A model generated the notes under the pieces. That model saw only the letters and a program-made list of their open reading frames with translations. It was not told the origin of the DNA and did no database searches. A stretch of DNA of 64,000 bases, taken from the NCBI GenBank assembly GCA_016748015.1, contig JAAOMT010000012.1, positions 62,001-126,000 of the forward strand, written 5' to 3'. Shown in pieces: positions 1-11,849 of this stretch (position 1 is the first letter of the stretch; each line of letters begins with the position of its first letter). This DNA is from Geosiphon pyriformis uo1 (lineage: Eukaryota; Fungi; Glomeromycota). The translations under genes and the position numbers were made by a program.

Positions 1-746
1 GAGACAAACAGAGCTAAAACTAAATGCTACCAAGTGCTTTTTTGGCAAAACAGAACTGAAATTCTTGGAACATATTATAAGCAAAGATAGCATCAAAACA
101 AATTCAGACAAAATTGAGATTATCAAAAACTTTTTAGTACCAATAAATCTCACAAAATTAAGAGCATTTGCTGGATATTACTGTCACTTTATCCAGAATT
201 TCTCCAAACTGGCTTAACCATTTTACTAGCTTCAAGCCAAAAATATGAAATATAAATAAATAAAAACTTAGCAAAACACTTTCAATATACTAAGAAAAAA
301 GCTTATTTAAGCACCAATATTAATCTATTTAGATCATAACAAGCCATTTATTATCACTACTGATGCATCTGGTCAAGCATTGGGAGCAGTATTATCTCAG
401 AAAAAACCAGATAGATGAGAACATCTAATAGTATATGCCAGCTGAAGTTTGAGCCCAGCTAAAAAAAACTATGGAACATCAGCACTAGAATATTTGGCTA
501 TTTATTGGGCAGTTATCAAATAAAAAGAGTATTTAAGCCAGAAATTTAAAGTATATACTAATCACAAAAAATTGACATCAATTCAAAAGCAAAAATTTGG
601 AAATGATCATCATGCCAGATAGAAAATAGAACTTTTATCATTCAAATATACAGTATATTATAAAAAGAAAAAAAAATGAAAATACTAATGGTTTGTCACA
701 AATAAAACAAATCTAAGAACATTTTAATCCAAAAATATAACAAAAA

Positions 747-2125
747 ATGAATACACAAAAATATCAATAACTCCAATATTATATCAATACCCAGCAGTTT
801 AAGGAAAAATTATCTCAAAAAAAACAAAACAACATAAAACAACAATCAAAATATTTTATTACACACCAAAATATACTATATTGAAAAAACAGAAAAGATT
901 CAGATCTATTACTCAAAGTAATTACAGAACTAAAAAAAAACAATACTATACAACATGCACTCAAATTCAATCACAAGACATTTTCATAAAAAAGTAACTA
1001 TAGAAAGAACCAGAAAGAGATATTATTTGCCATTAATGTATCCAAACATTATGCAATATGTTCAAAATTGTAATGCTTATCAGAAAAAAAGAGAAACAAG
1101 ACCCAATAAACTATTAAGACCAATCAAAATGGGACAACCATTTAATAAAATTGGAATTAAATTAGTCAAATCATTAACAATAACCAGTAGAGACAATTAT
1201 TATATAGCAATAGTCATGAACTATCTCACAAAATAGCCAGAGACAAAAGCAATTCAAAAAACAAATGCAGAATCCATAGCCAAATTTGTTTACCAAGATT
1301 TAATTTGTCAACACTAATGTCCAAAAAAATTATTATCAGATCAAGAAACCCACTTTGTAAACATTACATTAACAGAATTAAGCCAAAGATTTGGAATTAA
1401 AAAATTATTATTATTATCATATTATTTACAAACAAATAATTTAATAGAAAAATTCAACAGAACATTGTGTAAAGCAATTGCCAAAATCAATCAAGAAAAC
1501 TAGAATGAATAGAATTTATTTATATCATTAGTACTATTTGTTTATTGGACAATAAAGCAAGATATTACACAAGCAACACCATTTGAACTTGTTTATGATA
1601 GAACAGCAATATTACCAGTTGAGATAAAAGTCAATACATATCCAACAAAACTAATAACAAAAGCCAATTTCTAAAGAACATTGCTAAAAAGAACGTACAA
1701 ATTAATGAAAACATTGAAAAACAAAAGACAAAGAGCAGCTAAAAACATTCAAAGATCACAGAAAAACAAAAAAAATAACATAATAACCAATTACCAGATA
1801 AACCAGTTGAATTCAGGATTAGAGACAAAGTATTTTTATATCATACCAAAACAGAAAAACAATGAAGTGAAAAATTTGATCCCAAATAGGATAGACTATT
1901 TCACATTGAAAAAATTTTAGAAAATAAAGTTTACAAACTAAGATAAAATAACGAAATCTTAGCCAAAGCAACACATAGAAATCGATTAAAACCATATTAC
2001 AATACAGTATTATTATTCACCAGTAATATTCCACAACTAGGAGTACAACAATTACTAGTTTAACCAGATAAGATTTCACAAAATCTGAAACCAATTATAA
2101 TTATTGACACAAACACATTAAAGTG
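747..2125 (+). pseudogene. Integrase ORF of element A (own ATG, multiple stops/frameshifts)
   Basis: ATG at 747 (MNTQKYQ). Colinear with the integrase of element B, including the C-terminal LKPIIII. Confidence 0.8.
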
Positions 2126-2247
2126 ATTAACCAAAACAATATAAAAAGACACAATATATATAATAAAAGCAATAATAAAAGATAGAGATTACTTATGATA
2201 TCTATTTACTTGTACAACAACTATTTCAATAAATTTAACAAACAAAC

Positions 2248-2810
2248 ATGGAAATCACAATTAATCAACAAACCAATTGGTACAAAGATAATAAAAAAAC
2301 CCAATACAAAGCACATAAAAAACTAGAAAACACTATAGACAAAATAATAGCAAAAGTAATATTGTCAATGAAAATACCAGAAACAATTATACTATATCAA
2401 AAATTGACCAAAGAAACTTGGAAGTAGTGAATACAACAATTTTCAAGAAACTTTTGTTATTATTATTTGGAACAAAATCTGAATATTCAGAACTTATACA
2501 TGAACAAAACAAAATAGTTATTCAATACAACAATACTATAACAACTTAAACAATTTGTGGAAAAAAACAATTTGTTTACACTAACACAAGCCTATATCAG
2601 CTATACACAGAATTTCAAGATTAATCAGCAATACTACTTAGTCTAATAATGGATACAGTTACTATCAACCAATTAAAAAAAATGATCAATGCCCAATTTG
2701 AAAAATTACAAATCAAAATAATACAAATAATTTTCAAAAAAGAAGTTCAGAAGTTAATTAAAGAAAAAGAATTAGGAGATATAGAAGATCTTAACAGAGC
2801 TCAATATTAA
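2248..2810 (+). pseudogene. ORF3 of element A (unknown function, between integrase and PPT)
   Basis: ATG at 2248. The C-terminal segment SLYQLY...ILLSLIMDTVTINQLKKMINAQFEKLQIKIIQII aligns by eye with ORF3 of element B. Confidence 0.6.
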
Positions 2811-2823
2811 AAAGAGAAGATAA

Positions 2824-3080
2824 TGTTATTTATAGAATATAAAAATTATATATTAGTACATAAATTAGCCAATCAAAATAAGACATAATAAAAGTAGAAT
2901 TCCAGAATTTCTCTTAGAGGAATTGCAGAATTGCAGAATTCCAGGATTTTTGGCTAGAAAATTGAGGAATTCAAGGAATCTTGTATAACAAAATTTATAT
3001 ATATATAGCAGTAGTATTAAAAGCAGAAAAAACAGAATCCTTAGCTAAAATTTCCAGTTAGAATCCTTAGTTTAGAATGC
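2824..3080 (+). repeat. Truncated 3' LTR of element A with ~8-bp (AGAATTC/GC) tandem repeats
   Basis: Starts TGTTA immediately after the PPT and is interrupted by another LTR at 3081. Confidence 0.65.
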
Positions 3081-3455
3081 TGTTATGGGTAAATTTGGTG
3101 GGATTTGGTGATAATATTTAGTGCTCTAATTTAGTAATTTTTAAGTAATATATCTTTGGCAGTATCATTGTTATCAGTCTTTAAAGGGTCTATTTCTAAA
3201 TGTGAATTTATCTGTTGAGTTCTTTGGTTATAAGATACAGAGTTTTAGATTTCTTGATTACAATTTGTCTGTAAATATAAGTTATTCTCTTTGAGCTAAT
3301 GAGTGCAGTTGTTAGGATCCAGTATTGTCTTTTTGCTCTTCTGATAAGCTATTAAGATAACGTTAATATCCAAAATCTAGGAGAAGCTTTCCTTTTTTAC
3401 CAGGCTATTATGAAGTCTATTCCCAGACAGTTAATTTTTCTATGTTGCCACTCCA

Positions 3456-3493
<38 letters not shown>

Positions 3494-4128
3494 TAAATTA
3501 GTATCATCAATTGCCGTGATCAAGAGCAATTGATCCAAATCGTTAATAGTTTGAGGTGGTTATGCTAAAAGCATCTGTCTTAGAACGAAGATACAAGACA
3601 AGGGTTAATTTATGTAAATTTCATAAAGTTCAAGAACATGAATTCATGATTCTAATTTCTTTAATAATTGGTTTATTTCAGAAGATAAAATAGGGAAGAT
3701 AATAAATGATGAAGAGGTATGAATATTTAATTCTTGTTTAGAGATTCATATCTATCTGTTTGTCTTTTCTCACTTTTACAACTACTTGCTTTTATACATT
3801 CTTTTGGTTTTACAGGATTGCTTTTAATTGTCTCACTATTGCTAGCTATTGCTTTGTTATTTTTGTTATTGCTTTGTTTTTCTATGTTATCACTAGTTAT
3901 CCTATGTTATAACATATTATCTGACATTATTACATGTTATTTTGTGTTATTTTGCATTATAACACATTATCTTACATTATTGCATGTTATTCTGTGTTAT
4001 CCTGCGTTATAACATGTTATCCTATATTATAATGAATTATCCAATGTTATTGCACACTATTCTGTGTTATGTCACGTTTTGGTCACATTTCTTCATAACT
4101 TTGGATCAGTTTTTCTACTCGAGTAACA
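3081..4128 (-). mobile_element. Solo LTR (family C), probably recombinant; contains a poly-A run and a 10-bp periodic array
   Basis: TGTTA...GTAACA termini. Flanks ATGC / ACAT do not match and belong to different host elements. Strand inferred from the position of its tandem array. Confidence 0.7.
3881..4070. repeat. 19 x 10-bp periodic array, consensus N6-TTAT
   Basis: Consecutive 10-mers (tctatgttat, cactagttat, cctatgttat, aacatattat...) end in TTAT in register; one ends in CTAT. Confidence 0.9.
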
Positions 4129-5510
4129 ACATGCATAAGGCCTATGATTCTGTGGGTTGGGAACATCTCAGAAAGAGTTTGGTTAGGATCAAGATGTGTA
4201 ACAAGTTCATTAGATTTTTTGGTAATATTCACAATAGTTGAGTTAACAGAATGATGACAAACTTTGGCTTAACTGATAGGTATTGAGTTCATGATGGTTT
4301 AAACCAAGGGAAAGTTTTTTCACCTCTTCTTTGGTACATATTCTATGATTTGCTTTTATGTGAAGTCAAAAGGCAGGAGAGTATGTGTGGTTACAGGCTA
4401 AATTCTCATTTTGTCTCCAAGTCAGACCAGGTGGAATCACAAACCGGGTTGACATTATTTTTTGTTGCTGGTGCTTTCGCCAATGATATGATTTGAGTTG
4501 ATAGTAATCAGGCTGCTACACAATACATCTTCAATATTGCTAGTAAGTTCTTTAGGTTGAATGATATTTCTATAAATAATAACAAGACTGTGGTCATTCT
4601 TATCAACTGCCAGGTTTCTAACCCTTATCTGACTATCAGTGGCTTACCTATTTCTATTGCCAAAAAGGGGAAACCTCATCATTATTTGGGTATTTTTTTG
4701 TTTTCTAAGGGTCTGTTAAAACCTAGCATGACAAAAGCACATTTGGATGTTCGGTTTTTTGTCAATCTTGTTCTAAGGAAGGCAATTTTGGATAAGCAAT
4801 TTGCATATTTGGTGTCAACAGTTCTTTTTCCTATTGTCAGTTACAAGACCCAGTTCAGTTTTATTCTTTTCAGTATTTGTAATAAATGAGATGCTATGAT
4901 TTATAGGGACTTAAAGTCTAAGTTTGGTCTCCCACGTGATTTTCCTACTGATGCAATCTATCATCTCTCCTTGTATGGTTTAAAAACTTTTGAACAAATT
5001 CAGGCTGAAAGCAAATTGGCCTCCATTATTTTTTTGCAAATTCATTGGGTATTTTGGGTCAGTTGTTTTCTTATAGATCTTATGATCTTCAGGTTCTTAG
5101 CTGGTGTTTTCGCCACCCTCTACAATTTCTGGCTTGTATTAGAGTCAACTCCTCTAACAATTTTTTAGCTGGTGTGGTCTGCATTTTTTTTGGATGTGAT
5201 TTGTCCTTAGGCAGCTCTCTGACAAGTGTGTTTTGTTGTTAGGGTGGTACTCCTATGTCTCTTGTTCTTGGAGAGCCTAGTTATTTCAAGTGTGTTTCTT
5301 TTCTTCAGCAGTATGTGTTCTGTCGACTTGTTTTTGGACAGCTAGGCTACTCTGGATGCATGCAAATCAGAGTCTGTATTGGCTTGTCCAGATTTTAGGA
5401 ATCAGTATTGGGTCAAGCATTGCCATATTGTTAATGTCATTTGTTGCAAGAATTTGGATGTGAATTGGATTAAAGTTAAAGGTCACTTTGGTGTCCCTGA
5501 CAATGAGCGT

Positions 5511-6476
5511 TGTTACTGGAGGTTTTTGGTCTCTTTTCTGTAATGTTGTTGATACTTATTTGCTGTGAATTTACGTTTTCTGGATGTGGTTGAACCTCCA
5601 GTAACTGAATTTATCTTCAAATTATTTCCTATAATTTGAACTGCTGGACTTATAAGTGGAATGGCCAATTCCTTGCCAGTTACTTTATGTAGTTACGTTG
5701 TAGTAAACGTCAACTCTTTCCTAAGAATTGCTCATCTGGAAGTTCACTAAAATGTATAGTTACTTTGCTGTGAAAGTCAACTCTTCTACAGGAATCTCGT
5801 CTGTAGGCTACCCTAATGATTGTAATAAAAAAAGAAAAAAAAAATAAAAGAAATGTAAAAGAAATAAGATTTTTATCAAGGGAACATTTTTCTATCCAGG
5901 CCTGGAGTCACTAACAGTTTACTGAAATTGGTAGCTAATTAATTTCAAAATGTTAATTGGATTTTTGGGGATTTTCCAAGTACAATAATTAAAAAATTTG
6001 GTTTTTTCGAATTATTTGATATTTATTTCTTTTTGTGTGTATAAGAACGGTTTTAAGAGATAAATCTAAAGTAAGATACATTTTCTCGAAGAGAGAAGCT
6101 TTTCTTTTATACAACTTATTGTAACACTATTCTATAAACTTAAACTTTGCTATTTTCTACAATTTCACTGAACTAAAGATACATTTTGGCAAACTACAAG
6201 TTATTTTGGTGAACTATTAGATATTTCGGTGAACTATCAATTATTTCGGCAAATTTCGAACTTCTGAATGTTACATAGTTCGGAGTATTGCATGATTGAT
6301 CATCGCAATTAGATTACATTTGTGTTGTGTACAATTTGGGTTATTAATTAAATGATAATTTCGGACATTTTTGCTAATGTAATAAATGATCATTTGATGA
6401 TAATATATGCTAATTAATGATAGGAATTATAAGATAATTTCATGTTAAATAATATCTCTAATTTCATCTAGTAACA
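5511..6476 (-). mobile_element. Solo LTR related to element B LTRs (966 bp)
   Basis: TGTTACT...AGTAACA termini, strong similarity to 6754-7724, and a 4-bp TSD GCGT/ACGT inside the LINE RNase H (aatgagcgt|gctgat). Confidence 0.92.
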
Positions 6477-6753
6477 ACGTGCTGATGCTCTAACTAGGAC
6501 TGCTGCTTTTTCTGATAGATGCTTACCTTATATGGTCAGTGAATGGTTTTTTCAAGCTAATAGTGCAATTGTCTCTGGTAATTCTTAGCATTTTATTCAT
6601 GATATTTTTCGATCTATTCACCATTTATGTTGGGAAGTTGGTTCCAACTCTTGTATCCTGGTGGATAGTCTGTGTGCTAATATTAATTGGTCCAGATATT
6701 CTTTGATGTGGCATCCTAATTTTCACTTGGCTGCTGGTTTTACTAGTACACGC

Positions 6754-7724
6754 TGTTACTGGAGGTTTTTGGTTTCTTTTCTTGAATGTTGTAAATGTCT
6801 GTTGGTTGTAAATTCACGTTTTCTAGAAGTAGTTAAATTTCTAATAACTGAATTTATCTTCAAATTATCTTCTATAATTTGAACTTGTTGGGCTTATAAG
6901 TAAAATGGCCAATTCCTTGCCAGTTATTTTATGTAGTTACATTGTAGTAAACATCAACTCTTTCCCAGGAATTGCTTGTCTGGAAGCTCACTAAAAATGT
7001 GTAGTTATTTTGCTGTGAAAGTCAACTCTTCTACAGGAATCTCGTCTGTAGGCTACCCTAATGATTGTAATAAGAAAAAAAAATAAAAATAAAAAAAATG
7101 TAAAAGAAATTGAATTCTGTCAAGAGAAACGTTTTCTATCCAGGCCTGGGGTCACTAACAATTTACTGAAATTGGTAGCTAATCAATTTCAAAACGTTAG
7201 TTGGGTTTTGGGGATTTTCCAAGTGCAATAATTAAAAAATTTGGTTTTTCAAATTATTTGATATTTATTTCTTTTTGTGTGTGTAGGAATGGTTCTAAGT
7301 AATAAATCTAAATTAAGATATATTTTCTTGAAAAAAAAAGCTCTTTTTTTATACAACTTGTTGTAGTACTAGTCTATGAACTTGCACTTTTTCTCTTTGC
7401 TCAAATTTCAGCAAACTAAAGATACATTTTGATGAATTACAAGTTATTTCACTGAACTATTGATTAATTTGGATGAACTATTCATAATTTCAGCAAATTT
7501 CTATAAATTTTGGCAAATTTTTGAATGTTACAAAGTTCAGAGTATTGTGTAATTTAATCATTTTACTTTCTGTTGTACTAATTGGATTATTAATTGAATC
7601 GTGATATGTGATAAATTGATTAAATAATAAGTGATAATTTGAATTGATATTAACATATTAATTACTGATAGGAATTATAAGAATAATTTCATGCTAATTA
7701 ATAGCTAAAATTCTACTGGTAACA
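6754..7724 (-). repeat. 3' LTR of element B (971 bp)
   Basis: TGTTAC...GTAACA. Adjacent to the purine tract at ~7728-7738 (GAGAAAAAAA on - strand). Confidence 0.93.
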
Positions 7725-7734
7725 TAATTTTTTT

Positions 7735-8370
7735 CTCAAGACTAAGCTCTGTCAAAGTCCAAGCACTATTTGTAATGTCAAGATAGTAGTCCAAGATGAT
7801 TGAAATGATTTGCTCTGAAAATTGTTAAAATTTCAGTTCTGTGAGTTTTCCAATGTATTGTATTTTCAATGGTTGAAGTATTGGGCTTTGTAGGATGTTT
7901 TCACAAGTATTAAACAAATTATAGAGTCTAAGAGCTGTTCTAAGTTTGTAGCAAGTGTTTGTTGATCCAACTGCTGTCTTGAATTCATTGTGAATTTGTT
8001 TTTGTATGGCTTCTGAGGTGGTATTTGTTGCTTCAAGTTCTAATTTTCATTTATAAAGTGTTTTTCCAATGCAGAAATATTTAAATATGAGAGTATGTTC
8101 ATTGTTCTGTTCATTAAGTAATAGTAGAAGTTTTTGTTGTATTATGGCATTTGGTGGAATGTCAATAGAGGCAGATAAAAAGTTTTCTTTTAGTGCCTGT
8201 TTTAAAAGTTCTGGTAATCTATTCTCAGAATGACTTCTTGTTTTTCTTCTATAGGAGTGGTAGTTCTGAAAATTATTTATTACTGGGGCTGTGATTTCTT
8301 TCTGAATGTAATTGATTTGACTTCCATTAATCATTATGGATAAGTTAGAAAGTGTTTTCAAGACTAACAT
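7735..8370 (-). pseudogene. ORF3 of element B (~200 aa, unknown function, two premature stops)
   Basis: ORF 8047-8370 continues in frame past stops: KLELEATNTTSEAIQKQIHNEFK...RLYNLFNTCENILQSPILQPLKIQYIGKLTELKF. Confidence 0.65.
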
Positions 8371-8561
8371 TAATTTTTAGGATATTTGTTAAATATTTTG
8401 AAGAATAATCATGATAAAATTAACTAATTAGTAAAAAGGGAGAATAAAGAAAAATATTTTTTTTTTTGGGTCTGGAGTTTTATTTGTTTTGGGTGTTTTG
8501 TAATTATTTATTATTTTTGTCTTTTGTGTGTTATTAAAGATTATTGTAAAATTATGTTGAA

Positions 8562-9947
8562 TTAAGTGTTTAAGTTTGATTGTTGTTCTATTATAATTAT
8601 TGGTTCTAAATTTTGGAGAATATCTTTAAGATTAATTAAAGAGGAATGTGTACCAATTTGTAAAATTAATGGTTCAAGATTGTTTCTGGAATAATAGTGT
8701 TTTAATCTATCTCCATGTGCAACTTTTGCTAGTACTTTGTCATCAAGTCTTAACTTGTATGATCTATTGCTTAGAATTTCGTGAATATAAAATGGTCCAT
8801 CCCATTTGTTTTCAAATTTTCCACTCCATTGTTTTTCAGCCTTAGTTCTGTATAAGAGAACTTTATTTCCAACTTTAAATTCATTGATAATGGGTGATAA
8901 TTTGTTGTCATGTCTTTTTTTTTGTTGAGCTTGAGAATGTTCAATGTGAGTTGCTGCTATCTTTCTTTTTCCTTCCAGTGTACTGAAAAGAGTATAGGCC
9001 CTTCTTTGAAGTGTTTTTTGAAAGTTTTCTTTATTGATTGGTTGCACTGGGTATGTTTCTACTGTGAAATTAATTGGTAATATTGCTGTTTTTCTATAAA
9101 TAAGATCAAATAGTATGTGTTTTGTAGTATCTTGTTTTAGTGTTCTGTATGCTAGTAACACTGATAGAATAAAGATATTCCATTCCTGCTCAAAATCTGT
9201 TGAGACTTTGGCCAACAATTTACACAATGTTTTATTGAAACGTTCTACAAGTTTATTTGTTTGAGGGTAATAAGGTAATGATAAAAGTCTTTTGATATTG
9301 AATTGTTCACAAATTTTTTGTATTAAGTTGTTCACAAAATGTGTTCCTTGATCAAATAAAAGTTCAATTAGACATCTATGTTTACAAATAATGTCTTCAT
9401 AGATGAAATTTGCTACTGATTTTGCATCTGCTCTTTGGATGGCTCTAGCTTCAGGCCATTTGGTAAGATAATCTACTGCTACTGCAATATAGTAATTTTC
9501 TTGGGTTGTAATAGGTAATGGTCTAACTAAATCAATTCCAACTTTGTCAAAAAGTTGTCCAACTTTGATTGGATTTAAAAGTTCTGTGGAGCGAGTTCCT
9601 CCTCTTCTTTGACAACTATCACAAGATTCTACATATTGTTGAATGTTTTTTTGCATGTGAGGCCAAAAATAATGTTCAAGAGTTCTTTGAATTGTTCCAT
9701 CTCTTTCCAAGTGTGCTGAAGATAAATCTGTATGCATATTATATAAAATTGTTTCTTTTTCATTCTTTTGTACTAATCTGAGTGATTGGTTTGGGTTTCT
9801 GTGATTTTTATAATAGATTTTGTTGTGGTGTATGAAATATTGCTTTAATTGGTATTGTAAATAATGTTTTTCACTTGGAGACCAATTCTCTGGCATGGTA
9901 AGAGTCTCCAAATAGTTTTTAAGATTGCTGTAGTTTTTGGGATCCAT
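8562..9947 (-). CDS. Gypsy-type integrase (zinc-binding domain, DDE core, C-terminal WDGPF motif), open 461-aa ORF
   Basis: MHTD..AHL...CDSCQR; VGIDLV...FDQGTHF...LVERFNKTL; KWDGPFYI. Confidence 0.92.
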   Translation of the reverse strand: MDPKNYSNLKNYLETLTMPENWSPSEKHYLQYQLKQYFIHHNKIYYKNHRNPNQSLRLVQKNEKETILYNMHTDLSSAHLERDGTIQRTLEHYFWPHMQKNIQQYVESCDSCQRRGGTRSTELLNPIKVGQLFDKVGIDLVRPLPITTQENYYIAVAVDYLTKWPEARAIQRADAKSVANFIYEDIICKHRCLIELLFDQGTHFVNNLIQKICEQFNIKRLLSLPYYPQTNKLVERFNKTLCKLLAKVSTDFEQEWNIFILSVLLAYRTLKQDTTKHILFDLIYRKTAILPINFTVETYPVQPINKENFQKTLQRRAYTLFSTLEGKRKIAATHIEHSQAQQKKRHDNKLSPIINEFKVGNKVLLYRTKAEKQWSGKFENKWDGPFYIHEILSNRSYKLRLDDKVLAKVAHGDRLKHYYSRNNLEPLILQIGTHSSLINLKDILQNLEPIIIIEQQSNLNT

Positions 9948-10004
9948 TGTTGTTTGATTATTTTGTTGGTAGGTTGGTAAGTTATGGTGGAATTGTTGTT
10001 GGTG

Positions 10005-11400
10005 TTAGTCTTGTCTCATTCTTGAGAGACTATCAACATTGGTGTGTAGTTTTCCTGGTTTGTGATGTACAATGTATCTGTAGTCTGCTAGGAAGTCATT
10101 TCATCAAGACTGTTTGGCACTTTGTTCAGTTTTCTTTTTATTAAGCCATTTGAAACCAATATTGTCAGTTATTATGTCAAATTCTTTTCTATTCTTTAGG
10201 TATTGTTGAAAATATTTAAGAGCCCAGATGACTGCAGTGGCTTCCAATTTAGTTGAGCCATATTTGAGTTCTGTTGGCTTAAGTGTTCTACTGGCATAGG
10301 CAATGACTTGTTTCTGGCCATTTTCATTCAATTGTGATAAAATGACACCAAATACTATGTGTGAAGCATCAATGGTTAATTGGAACCATTTGTTGAAGTC
10401 TGAGTAAGCAAAAACTGGGGCTGTTGTCAATTTTGTTTTGAGAGTTTCAAAAGCTTTTTGTTGTTTTTCAGTCCATTTGTATGGCACGTTTTTGTTGGTA
10501 AGATAATTGAGTGGTTTGGCAATTTCTGAGAATCTTTTTATGAATTTTCAATAGTAAGAGGCTAATCCTATAAATCCTTTTAGTTCTATGGTATTTCTGG
10601 AAGTTTAAAAGTTTTTGACAGCACTGATTGTTTCTGTATTTGGTTTGACTCCATCTTTACTAACTATGTGTTCAAGAAAAATCAAGCTTGTTTTTCCAAA
10701 GTAACATTTCTCAATGTTTAACTTTAATTCTGCTTTCCATAATCATTGAAAAACTTCTCACAAGTGAATAAGGTGGGCTTCAAAGCTTGGTAAGTATACA
10801 TCAGTATCATCAAGATAGACAACTACTAATTGCCATAAGAGCCCTTCATATACAACATCCATGAGTTGCTGAAATGTTGCTGGTGCATTGCAGAGTCCAA
10901 AAAACATAACATTGAACTCATAGTTTCCTTCTTGAGTGGTGAATGCTGTTTTGGGTCTATCTTTTGGGTCTATTTCGACTTGCCAGTATCTATTTTCTAG
11001 GTCTAAAGTTGAGAAGAACTTGGCTTTTTCTAGAGCATCTAGCATGTCATCAATTCTTGAAAGAGGGTAGATATTTCCAATTGTAACACTATTCAGTTGT
11101 CTATAATCAACACAGAATCTGATTTTTCCGTTTTTCTTTTTAACTAAAACTACTGGTGAGGTCCAAGGACTTTTTGATGATTGAATCAATCCGTTATTGA
11201 GCATTCTTTGGACCTCTTCTTTAATGAATTGGTGGCTGGCAGATGGCACTCAATATGCTTGTTAACATTTTGGTGGAGCATCTCCTGTATGGATCTGATG
11301 TTGAACAATATCTATTTTTCCCAAGTCATTATTGTCTTTTGCAAATATATCTGCAAATTCAGCTATTAATTGTTTCAATTGTCTTTGTTGTTGGGTTTCC
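10005..11400 (-). pseudogene. Reverse transcriptase + RNase H of element B
   Basis: SPVVLVKKKNGKIRFCVDYRQLN, VVVYLDD, FQLTIDASHIVFGVILSQ, ending NVDSLSRMRQD-stop. Confidence 0.92.
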
Positions 11401-11849
11401 AAGAGACCCATGTTAATTCGAGAGAGTTTTTTTTTCAAAAAGTAGTAGTTTTCAGTAGTAGAAATGATATTTGGATTTGGGAGTAGAGTGTGCTTTACAA
11501 TTTCGATGAAATTAGAGACAATTTGAGAGTTTTTATCTTGAAAGATATTGCTGTGTATGATTCCAATTTTTAATTTGTTTAATAAAACAATAGGATAATT
11601 ATTGGGATTGTAGAATATAACTCAAAATTTTTTTATTCCTTTGGAAATATAAACGTTTGAAATTGATATTTCATGCTTCAAACAAATTTGTTCATTGGAT
11701 TCAAAGATTTATTGGGTAGTAGTGGGTTTTGAGCAAGTGTAAATTTCGTGATGTTCTCCAAAAGGTAAAATGGTAATTGGTTGTAGAAGTTAAAGAATCT
11801 GGTGAGATTTATTTTGTATATTAAGAGCTATGTTTACTGGAACTGTAAA

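Larger units (their letters stand above)
1..3080 (+). mobile_element. Ty3/Gypsy LTR retrotransposon A, 3' part only (RT C-terminus, RNase H, integrase, ORF3, PPT, truncated 3' LTR); degenerate
   Basis: Translations give KCFFGKTELKFLEHII (RT), FIITTDASGQALGAVLSQ (RNase H) and integrase core segments with many premature stops. A purine tract AAAAGAGAAGA precedes TGTTA at 2824. Confidence 0.9.

Noticed and set aside
3734-4012. Hydrophobic 92-aa ORF resembling a membrane protein or env
   Set aside because: It is the translation of the T-rich LTR tandem array.
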